From Enoplolaimus lenunculus (lineage: Eukaryota), in the NCBI GenBank assembly GCA_030248215.1, contig JASANG010001276.1, positions 372,001-413,965 of the forward strand: a stretch of 41,965 nucleotides of DNA, written 5' to 3'. Numbering within the stretch: the stretch's first letter is position 1; each line of letters opens with the position of its first letter. The notes beneath the pieces were generated by a model that was not told where the DNA came from, made no database searches, and saw nothing but the letters and a program-made list of their open reading frames with translations. The position numbers and the translations under genes were made by a program. Positions 11,401-23,400 of the stretch are shown here, one piece after another.

Positions 11401-14400
11401 TCGTCAATTGCTCGGATGCATTTATGATTGCCGTATGGATTAGGCTCAAATTCGTAGACAACCTAAATTGGTCTTTGCCAGCTGTCAGATTAACTGTGCT
11501 GTCGAACAATCTGGTTTCTTGAAATGTATTATAGAATTTAGCAAGAAATAAACCAGGCGCCTGGGTCGACGGGGCTGACGAACGATTAGAATGTTGTAAG
11601 TCAGTTTCGGTGTTAAACCACTTTGTCATTACGTATGTATACGTTGTGGAATGAACTATCTATGAATATACCAATCACAGACGAACCCGCGGCTAGAAGA
11701 CAGTCAGTAGAGCGTAGTACGTTTGAGGAAAAACGTTTCCACTCTGTTAAAATGTTTTGTCGGCAAGCTTGTGAGTCATGTGAACCCCTCGTATACCCTC
11801 ACAGTAAAAATTTTCTGCATAAAACACGTTCAACTTGCTACGAATAGATTTTAAAAAATTGTAGCCGCATAACAGTGGGGTACCCTCTGAAGAAGCCAAA
11901 TAACTGTCCGTCCCTTCTCTTATTCGTGTCAGTACAGTATGTAAATTTCACCTGCAGCGCTATGTCTGTGCCAACTGGTAGTTACACTACAAAAAATTTG
12001 ACACTGACGACGGAGTTAAATTTTGACTCAGTTTGTGTAGTGAGGAAAAGTCTATTTCGGAAAGAGTCAATTTGACTCACCATTTTTTTGCAGTTAATTG
12101 CTTGTTTTAACTGCAAATACTAACTGCAGCTTTAGAAAGAAAACGGTCACAGCGTTTAAAATGACATAAAACAAAACAACCACCAAAACAAAGCATGGTC
12201 CCATGGCGTTTCACGAATATGGTCTTAGACGTGAAACCTGACCACCAACTGATTTAATTAAATTTTCGTTTCACAGTTGGTGACGGCAATTCATAAGGCC
12301 GTGTCAGCAAATGTAGCATTTTAATCATTCGAAACTTGCGACCTTGTGAGCTGGAGCTTCCGGCCGGAATATTGGGTTGGTGTATGCATGTAGGGCTTTT
12401 TAGCAAACCGTACAATACTGTAGTGTCCCGAATAAGAGGGGGGGGGGGTAAATAGACGGGGGCACCCCATTTTGAGTCCCACTCAATTGGAGTTCGTATC
12501 CATAAACAAGAGTACGTAAGCGGATAAAGTCCCTAAACCCTAAGTGGAGTCCATAAATGTCAATTATCGCTAATCGTAGAGCATAAATGGCTCCAGGGCC
12601 AAATAAAGTTGAGTTTGAAACTTTAGAGCGTAAGCAGTTAAGTTTTGAGAGTAAACATTCCAAAATATAATTGCATTATCGCTCAAGGTTTTGATGCATG
12701 GCAAAAAAACATTTAATTCAACGGATAGTTGCAATGCCGGATATATATCAGTAACGAAGGGCGGCGGAGGGTGGGGCGGAAATAAATAACAGTCCAGCTA
12801 GAAGGCAACTTTGAACAAACTGTTGCAGAGTTGACGTCTTACATTTTATTCAATTTTTAACTTTATGTTAAGCTAATTACTAGATTGGTATTGGAGGTCT
12901 AAAAAGGCACAGTTTGTTTCGGAAAAGCTGTTACATATTAATTTTCAACAAGGGTTTTGTTATCACCTCCTCGTGGGTCCATACCTATCGAAACGGTGCT
13001 ATTTATATTGAGATTTTATTTCGCCGGGCATAATTTTCGTGATTGGTTCTATATAATACCTACTAATTGAACTTAGAATTGCAAAAGAGATACTGTTTAT
13101 GTATCATCGAAGTGGTAAAGTATGTGCGTGTTTCGTGTTTAGGTTTCAAGGTTGTATTTGTCTTAAAGGGTCGCATTTTGAAATCTATTGGCCGATATTT
13201 TGGCTTGTTATGATCACACCGGAACAACTGTTGATTCTGATTGTGTTTTGTAATGAAGTATGAAAAAGCGTAAATGTAGTTTATACTTTTTAGTTAAAAA
13301 ATAATGTAGGCTTTGGCGAGCAGGGATCCCAAGGTACAGAGCTCGATGCGACTTCGTCAATCTTAACTTATCGCTACGCCTTTGTACAGTTCAAAAATCG
13401 GTTTCGATAATCTTTGCCATTTAGGTTAAAAACAATCCGCTATATGTTTATAGATTTTTAACAGACACACATCACCTAACAAAACAACACCAACAACTAA
13501 AGACATCAAATATTGATGCCTAGTAAATTGGAAAATAATCTGAACCGCCTGATTTTCAAACTGGTTAAGTTTTCTTACACTGCCTTTAATAAAAATTAAA
13601 TTAAAAATACTTTTCAACCAAACAAAAAATTGTCGCACCAAAACATTTTTAAACCAATGGCCAGTAGATGCTACAATAAAATACCATTATACAACAAAAA
13701 TCCTTAGATTGGGTTTTTTTGATTAAATTTAGTTGTTAAAAGACTTTTAAATTAAAAATTTCAATTTTCTCAAATACCCAATAGTCGTCAACGGTCTTGG
13801 TGGCGTATACTGTTGTGAATTGAAAAGCTTTCTGTTTGAAACGCTATACCCAGCTAGAATGATGTTCTGCAACAAATTGAAAATTTAGGATCTACGTTTT
13901 GACGTACATAAAGGAAAGTACTAAGCAAATGTTTCAGTCTTTTTCATTATGCATAAACCAAAAAAAGCGATATAATTCCACAAGATTCGTGTAATTTAAA
14001 ATATAAAGATCTGGCTACAAATGCTTTTCAAGAAAGAAACAAGCTAATTTGCACAAAAGAGCGTATTCTGGTTTGATTTTTAGGTACCACCATATATCTG
14101 CTTATGTCTCGCGTAGGGTCAAAACATTTGGTTTTTGGCTTATATTATATACCTTCACTTAACGCCGAAATTTTTTGGTACATTTTGTTGTTAAGGTTTC
14201 GGGTTTGCAATCTCGTATTCAGAGACTCTGCAAGGCGAATGGTTCTTACATCGTGGTAGTACCTCCAGCAGTGGTATCCTAAGCGCTTAATACAAGTTTA
14301 GGCCAATGTATAGGCCAGGGGCGGAACAGTATTATTAGCATATTCCTAAGCCTAATCCTAAAGCCTAAGCCTAAAGACTAAACGTAAGAATGAGCCTATT

Positions 14401-17400
14401 CCTGAGAATAAGCCTAAAACCAAGACTAAGCCAAGCAAAAAATGAGTCTAAAGCTTCAGCTTATTCTATTCTAGTACCACAAAAACGTTCCGCCCCTGAT
14501 CTCTACATGGGCCGAAGTTTAGAAGGGGAAATTTCAGAAGGCAAAAGGTATTCCCTATTTGGAAAATGCCCTCGCACAGTTCTCGATGGACAGACAGCTG
14601 TCAATCCTCAAACCATATGTGTAGTCATCATATCTAGTAATGCACTAATCTCACCTCCATAAGGAATGACATATTTCACTCATCAACATAGATGGTCAAG
14701 TAAGCGCTCTGTCAGATACCTGCGACTGGATTTCCGTCTGACATCTAATTTATGTTTTCGGGTTAGATCTAAATTACTAACCTGCTGAGACAGTGATCGT
14801 GCCAGTATCCTGATAGGCTCATGGATGCGCAAGGTTCTACCGACAGTGTATATGGGTGGCGCCAGTGCCGCCGCAGGCAGGGGTAGGGGCTTCCTCCAAA
14901 CTCCACGGATGGAGGCCCAAACTCGAGAGTGAAGCAAACAAGAAGCGCCACCTGTTGGTATGGGGGGTGGCTGCTCCGGCCTTTGGTGGTGTTAAGCTAG
15001 ACACTGTCGTAACTGGGACGGAATTTCGTTAATGTCAACATATAGTTCTTACTTTTTGGGGATATCGGTCAATAATTTAATATCCGATCAGGATTGCGCA
15101 GCATAAATATGGTAAATGGGTAAAAACATCACCAATCCTGCTTTGCGCAATTTTCTATTTTCCAATTGAGAGTTAAGCTAAAAATTGTTAAGCACGGTAG
15201 ACCAGATATAATGGCTTTGGGTTTATGACCAATCAAATTCCTTTATTGGAAACCTAATATTTGGGTTTCTGTCTTTAGTTTGATCGAATACTTTTACTGC
15301 TTTAAAAGGGTTGACGTGTTGTTTTTGTATTTCCAAGACCGTATACCAGCTCATGTAGTCTATCATAGGTTTCTACACTTGTCTCCGGTCTCGAAAGAAC
15401 CAAATAACTCTTCTTAGTGCACGCTGCGCTTGCATGAAAAAGGCCTTTATTGCTTTTTAACTATGTGACCCCTGAGATTGGAATATCAGGCCATTCCCTT
15501 AAGTTCTAGTTGTTGACACCTGAGTCAAATTTACAATTTGCTGAACTGTAGACAAAAATAATTTCTTATTAACATCTCATTTTTGGCTTTTGGTCGCTTC
15601 CTCCACATTCAAAGTAAAGGTAGGAACTACCGGCCCGCAACGAAGGCCAGGACCAGGGGGGCTCAGCCCCCTTGGAAAATTTTTGGCCCTCGTAGAAAAT
15701 TTTCAACATTGCTAATAACTCATTGAAAACCCTTGAACGCCTCTCCTGAAAAATTTTTAGCCCTCCCTAGCAAGATGAGCTGGCTATGGGCCTGTAAGAT
15801 TAGCCTTCGACTTAATAAACGTTTATCATTTTCATAAACCTAAGCTTAAGCCTATTAACCTAAAGCTAAGCCAAAGCCTAAGACTGTGGAGCTCGAAGAG
15901 TATTTGAGCATACAAATGGAATGTGATCCCGGAACTGAATAATGATTATCATCGTGCGATTAAACTTTAGCGCAAACGAGTGTGAAAAAATTAATTTTGT
16001 AAAAAACGCTTTTAGTTATATATTCGAAAACTACGCGTGAAACTTGGTAGCAAACAATATTGAACTCGTTTTCAATTTAATTTGGGATAATTTGGGATCT
16101 AACCGGATGCTTCGACTTCTAAGCTGGACACTTCGCTAGCATGACAACAAATCTTGTATGCAAACCAGGCCCGTAGCCAGCTCACCGTGCTAAGGGGGGC
16201 TAGAAATTTTTTAACATAGGCATTCAAGGGTGTTCAATGAGTTACAAGCAAGGTTGAAATCTTTCTATGGACATCCAAAATTTTCCATGGGGGGCTGAGC
16301 CCCTCCTGGCCCCTCCTTGGTTACGGGCCCGATACAAACCACTAACCAAACCCACAACCAGGCATTGTCAGTAGAGGGAACTTAGGAGGCTTATAGAAGG
16401 GGGGTGGTAATTATAAATTTTCCTAACATTTTTTGTTTTTCATGTCGAACATATTTTGGCCCATAGTGGGGCAACCATGCACGTATAAAAGGATTGCGCC
16501 TCCTTCGACCCCCACACCCAACGTCCATTTCACGTACAGTCTGTGCGTATTTCGTTCAGTTGCCAAAAGCTTCAAACATTTGTTTGAAAACGCGGAAATG
16601 TAAACTCGGCCATTTATTTTAGTCAAACAAGGCTTAAGCAATTAATTTTATGCATTTAAAAATACAATTTGACATTATCAGATGCACAAAAAACGGGATA
16701 TTTTCTCGAAAAAACATTAAGGAAATGCTTCTATATGCCACAATTTGGTTGTGTGTCAACTTTATAGTCTAGTCTATAAGTTGCTGTTTATGCGGTTTCT
16801 TTACTTAAATACGGCCATAATAACCGTCGCATACCTATTGTAAAATGCGCCAAAGTAGTTTATGGCTAAAAACCTGATCTAAAAATTGCGCGTTCGACCA
16901 AGAATGGCTGACTTCGGTTTGTTTAGAACGCACCTGGCGAAGAAATATGTTTCGATATTTGATACCTGAAGACCGTTGTGGAACTGATGGTATAGATGAA
17001 AATTTCAAAAATTTAACAAAACGTAAACAAAACAGTAACCAGTTATCGTTTTTAAACAAGGTTTGTAAACAAACAGTTAGATTTGAAGCAATATAGTGAT
17101 GATGGCCTATGTTAGTTTAAGGGGCGTCTAGGTTTCTGGTGGGTCTATAAAAGAGTAGGTTTAGATTCTAGATTACATTTATTTACTTAGGCTTAGGCTT
17201 AGGAACTCATTTTTGCAACGCTTAGGATTAGGCTTAAGCTTAGCAATACGTTTAATCTACTGTTCCGCCCTTCAAAGTAACATTGGCCGTGATGATCATA
17301 CGTGTAAACTAAATATTTCATGACAGGGTGGTAAAACCATATGCGACCGCGTTTGTGTTTCAATAAATTTTTGTAATGCTAAAATTGGCAATCACCCGGC

Positions 17401-20400
17401 ATTATTGGTGGAAATATACAGCCGAACGGCGTATTTACTTTGAAACGAAAAATTGAAAACAAGATTCATACGAATTCAGCATAAAATACCTCGAATGACG
17501 ACGAACGCTGAGCGAAACAGATGATTAAGTTTACCCTACTTGACGACAGGGGTATCATCCAAAGCAGAGCTATACGCGGGTAAACGCGGATCGGGTTAGA
17601 AAACTTTGGCGCGGGTATACCCGCGAGTAAAAGGTTTCAAAGCGTAGGTAAAAAATTTGTTATCCAGCGTAGGTAAAAAATTTGTTATTCTTTAACCACC
17701 TGTAATTTGGATAACAAACGCTAGATTTAACTATATTAGCCCGATGTTTCGTTGTTTGACTTTTTATATTGAATAACAGTGTGTTTCTCTATGTAACAGG
17801 CAGGGTACAACCGGAGGTCTGCATTCGACTCGGGCGACAAATTGGCTTTCTACCCTGCAGAAATTTTGGTAGAGGTTTCGGCAATTTTAGTAGTGTCATT
17901 TCTTACATTTTATAAAAATTGTTTCGTGGGGTTTGGTTTCTTTGCAACTTTCGAGCAATTTTTGAAGTTTGAATTTTGGCGATCTGTAAACAAGGCGGTT
18001 AAAGCGTACACTGCAAAAAATTTCTTAAAATTTACAATTTGAATACATTACTCGGGTAAAAAATCTTCACTCACTTGACACCACTGATTCAAAGAACCAA
18101 TATTTTAGCCGTTTTTTGTACTGGCCTGGCCAAATCCAAATTCAACTCAACGCTAGTACAGTAGTGCTTAAAGAACCATAAAAGCGAAACAGTAAATGTA
18201 AAATAATTTCATCGTTTGTTTCTTGCTCTGTATACCCTGTATTTCGATTATTGTATTTGGACGAACAACGTATCACCAGGTTTCCCTACAAACTTTTCAT
18301 ATTTCATTTTGAAAACTAAAAATGAACGTTCAAAGCTAAAACACAGCGTCAATTAGCATTCACAGTTCACAAAGTTTACCGTTCGTCAATCCAGTATAAA
18401 CTAAAACAGAAACTGACTCTATTATAGCCCCACCGGAAAACGATCCGACCCTTTTCTATACATGGGCCAGCACTAATATAAAGTCAATTAGTAGTCGAAT
18501 GTAAATTGCTGAGTTGAATTGAAACCTCAAAATAGGGCGACTGGATCTAGATTAATTGTCGTGCTTTTTATACGGCAACAATAATCGTCACTCAGAAGAT
18601 AATACCATGAATAAGTTTACTTTTCTGAACGACAGTCACACTGGGTATCCATCGATTCAGATATGATCCTTGTTTAAAAGGCGAATCCGACTGGTGCCGT
18701 TCTGTAGACCACGTCACTATTTGATAATGACGTAATTACTACATATTGCAGTGCAGGCATGTCAACCTAAACACGGACATAACCGCAATTTAGAAACTTT
18801 TTGCACCTGACGGCGACAAAGTTTAGGTTACAAAGTGCAAAACTATAATTTTCCAAAAAAACTTGAGTTATTGACGATAAAGTCTATTAATTTTTACTCA
18901 TAACAAATATGTTTTATTGACAAGTTAATAGCACACAACCGCAGCTTAAATTCTTGCTAGGACGGCCAAAATTAATGTAATGAATTACACCGCTTTACTG
19001 TTAGATCAATTAATGTTCTTCTCTGAGGGATTAAAGTGAATCAGGAACTGGGGAACTTAATTAAGGTTTACAATCCGGGCCAATGTAAAGAACATGGTCG
19101 GACAGTATTATAAGCATATTCCTTAGCCTAAGCCTAAGCCTAAGTGTAATAATGACCATATTTCTAAGCCTAAGCCTAGCCTAAGCCAAGTAAACAAAAA
19201 TTAGTCAAAAGCTTACACAGCAAAAAATGGTGAGTCAAATTGACTCTCTCCGAAATAGGCTCTACGGGACTACACAAATTGAGTCAAAATTCGACTCCGG
19301 CAGAGTCAAATTCGATTGACTGGGTCGCATGTTTGACTCTGGCAGAGTCGAATTTGACTCAGTTTGTGTAGTACCGTAGAGCCGATTTCATAGAGAGTCA
19401 ATTTGACTCACCATTTTTTGCAGTGTAAGCTTACTGTTTTCTAGTCGCACAGAAAAACGTTCCGCCCCTGATCTTTACATGGGCCGCAAGCCGCAAGTTA
19501 CGCTACTTTACCAGGGTAAATGAAAATTAATTAGTGTAAAAGTTTACGGAGGAAATCAAAGATAACATTGTATTAAAAATTAAAGCCAAAATAAGCATCG
19601 TTGTAAGTTCCGGTGCCAACCGTTTTACGCAATAATATATTATTTTATATTTTGAACCAAAAACACAAGACCTACGCCAGAAAATTTCTTACAGACAAGT
19701 GTAACAGTAATTAATTAACTCAAACGGAAACATAAATAATAGTTTGATATATTATTATTATCCACACCACGGCCGTAATTACGGCTGCGTACTCGATAAA
19801 TATTTCTGTATCATTAAAAGAAGTCTATGGTACGAATATTTTCGCGTGCCCCCTGCATAAGTTTTTCTGCCCCCTCTATCAAGAATTTATGGTTGCGGTG
19901 GGGTGTCACATTCTTTCTGTGTACCGACAGATTTGACGCATTTCGGGTTTTGCTAACAAGACTATTATTGGTATGTGTTCTACGCTTGGCTAATGACATT
20001 GTTTTGCGTGTTACAGTATTGCAACCCGAATAAGAGGGGCTTGATATTTATTTTGATCCTGCGCAGGACAATCTTGTTATTCGGTTACGAACAGTTATTT
20101 ATTTTTAATTCGCTCAGTGTTACTTGGACGCAACAACGATCTTTTTTATATTGTTTATTTTGCGGAGAACTGACTTTCTTCGAAGAATTTCTGTACATCG
20201 ACCGGGCCTATAGTCAAAGGGGGCCCAGAAGGTTGGGTTCGGCCTCCATGAATAAATTTTGGCCTCCCTGGAAAATTTTTAACGTTTGCTTGTAAGCTAT
20301 CGAAAGCCTTTGTATGCCCCTACTGAAAAGTTTTAGCTCACCTAGCAAGGTGAGCTAGCTACTTACTGAAATCGCCCTGCGCGCTAATCTTGTTTCAGAA

Positions 20401-23400
20401 ATTAATCAAGTTTATGCCTGCGTTGTCTGAAGTGTCTGTTGCTTATTTCACCGCTCTAGACCATACTTCCGCTTTGATGGCTTATATGGACTCGAATTAG
20501 GACTTATAGTCTATATCCATTCACTGACTGTAATTAGAGTTACGGACTCCTATTAATTGGGACTCAAAAAGCACTATTTTAAATGCCAATTTTGTACGAA
20601 TCGTTAATGGCAACTACGCTGCAGAATATCATTAAAACGAGGTGATCAAACACGACGCCAGCTAAAAATTAAAACAATCACAAGATAAAAAGCATCAGAA
20701 GCATTCAAAGTTTTTCGGCTTTGAAAATTTTTGATTTTAACGGGTACACTTGTACACTATTTCCACCAAACCGGTGTATGCCATTATGTGTAAATTTTGA
20801 AAGCTCAAAGTACAACAGAACGAATGAAAATTTTTTTTGGCTAAGGTAACTTTCCAATCCATTTCCTTTAGACACTATTTTATCAAAACACAAATGTGCC
20901 TTGAACTAAGCACATCTCAGACAGAAACTCAAGTTTCTGTTTGGGTTGATTATGCATCGTTAGTTTGCCACAGTCAGACTTAATTTTCAAAAATTTATCT
21001 TCTAAGTGCAAGGATACAGGCGGCGCATTTTATCCTATCAAACCCGATTGGGCCACTTATTTATATTTTAGGAATAAAGTTTATGGGCATAAGACAATCG
21101 ACCACTGTAAAGAACATGGGCAGAACAGTATTATAAGTATATTCCTAAGCCTAAGCCTAAACCTAAGCCAAGCAAAAAATCGTCTAAAGCTTAAGCTTAC
21201 TCATTTTCTAGTCCCACAGAAAAACGTTCCGCCCCTGATCGTTACATGGGCCTGAGAATGAAACCTTTGTTGCGTTTCGCCGTAATTGTATGCACATCCA
21301 TAAAAGCAGTAGAAAGCAGCTTTAATAGCATAGTACCACGCCGTGTAATAAATAATTGTCAATGTGGTTGTGGAAGCTGCGAACCTTGCGCAACATCAAA
21401 CTGTCATTTTTGACCAGTACCAATTTAAAAAGCATTGTGTAGAATAGACACGGTCGCAATAGTACAAAACAAACAGTCAAATCCCTACGGATTTGCAAAC
21501 ATTTTCATCGGCGACAGTTTTTGGCACCTTTGTACTTGCCCCACGCCCGTAGCCAGCTAACCATGCTGGGGGGGGCTAACAAATTTTTAGGGAGGGCATT
21601 CAAGGGGTTTTAATGACTTGCAAGCAAGGTCGAAAATTTTCTAGTTGGCGCCAAAATTTTTCCAATGCCACCCCCCTTTGGCTACGGGCCCGAGGTGCCC
21701 CTTGCAGTGGAAAAGTTAACACCCATAGCATCAAATACCCCACGTATATATCTGACGCCGGTAGCAGTAGTGTAAGTATATTCCTAAGCATAAAGCGTAA
21801 GCCTATAACTAAGTCTAAGCAAAGTTATCTATTGTTGGGAACAATTGAACTACAGAAATATCAAGTTTTTAGCTCTATGATGCATAATTTATTCGACGAA
21901 ATGATGGCAGATTTCTTCAAATATACGAGGTCAACGGGTCACTTATTACTTGCCTTAAGTACATAATCATTCACAAATGTATGTTTTCAGGTTGACCATC
22001 CATATTTGTTTGTAGGGTTAAAATTTAAAAGTCTTAACTCTTCCTTGATCCTACTGCTAGACTTTAAACGTTCGCACGCCGCATAAATTTAAAAATTATC
22101 GCTTTAAATTCTAAATATCATGTTCATATTTTACAAAGAAGTTTACCACTGCGTATGGAAATCTGAAATTGAACAGAGTGATTGTCGCATCCATTTTAAT
22201 CAACGTTTGGATTACTGAGTTGAATTATAAACTCAGAGAAAAAATTAGTTATTTCTGGTTTTATTCCTGAATAACAGTAAATGTAAACTCCCACTGAGCG
22301 GATTTAATTCCATGTAAGTTGATTAATTAACTCAGAATGAGTTATGTGTCGTCTTATATATATGTTGTGTAGCACCCCATTTTGAATTCATTGCAAATTT
22401 ATCAATTTCATGGTATTTCATTTCGCAAATCGACTTTAAATTCATTCGATTTAAAATATAATATTAAATTTTTAGGGGCTAAACGATCTAAGCCAAGCAG
22501 TTGAATACTACAAACGAGTGATCAAGCAAGATAGTACGAACGTTGAAGCAATTGCATGCATTGGCGCACATCATTTTTATTCAGATCAGCCAGAAATTGC
22601 GTTACGATTTTACAGGTTAGTGACAGCGAAGCGAAAAAAAAGTATTATTTCGAATTTTTTTCATGCAGGATTTCATTTGATATCTAAAAACATTGATTAA
22701 TAAATCAAATTTTGCTAGAACTCTAACTTCCACTCGGGACCGGAGCCAAGAGGAGGGGGGCAGGGGGGGCTCTGTTCCCCCTGGAAAAATTTTGGCCCCC
22801 ATAGAAATGTTTCAACCCTGCTTATAACTCATTGAAAACCGTTGAATGTCTATCCTGAAAAATTTTTAGTACCCCTAGCAAGGTGAGCTGGCTACGGGCC
22901 TGCTTCCCCTAGTAAAAATCGACTTTATTATGGTCTTCATGTGCTTCAAGTTTTTGGCCCATGTTACTTTAAGGGGCGTCCAGGTTTCGGGTGGGTCTAT
23001 AAAATAGTAGGTTTAGATTCTAGATTACTTTTTTGCTTATGCTTAGGCTTAGGATTAGGCTTAGAAATACGCTTAATCTACTGTTACGCCCCGTAAAGTA
23101 CTATAAGTTTTTAATGCAATGATTATTGAAGGTCGCGGTTAGGTGGTTCATGGCCTTCTAAACCAAAACATCAAGAAATTGTTGTCCAGTTATAACCAAA
23201 ATGAATGAATGTTACTCGAAATAGGAATTGAATTCGGAATTCAAATTCTTCTTATCGGAAACTGGAATCGGAAAAATTTTGTTTATAGCAAATAACTTCA
23301 AGCGCATGCATGCAATTTAGATCAGAGGCAGATCGCTGGGCACGCCTGATATTTGTATACGAATCAGGACATTTTTGATTAGTTTTTGCAAAAACACAGA

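Noticed and set aside
13310..13333. Possible 24-nt in-frame micro-exon (AG|GCTTTGGCGAGCAGGGATCCCAAG|GT) in bbs-8 intron 6
   Set aside because: The acceptor is purine-rich, the protein aligns without it, and such patterns arise by chance in 15.8 kb; junction reads would be needed.
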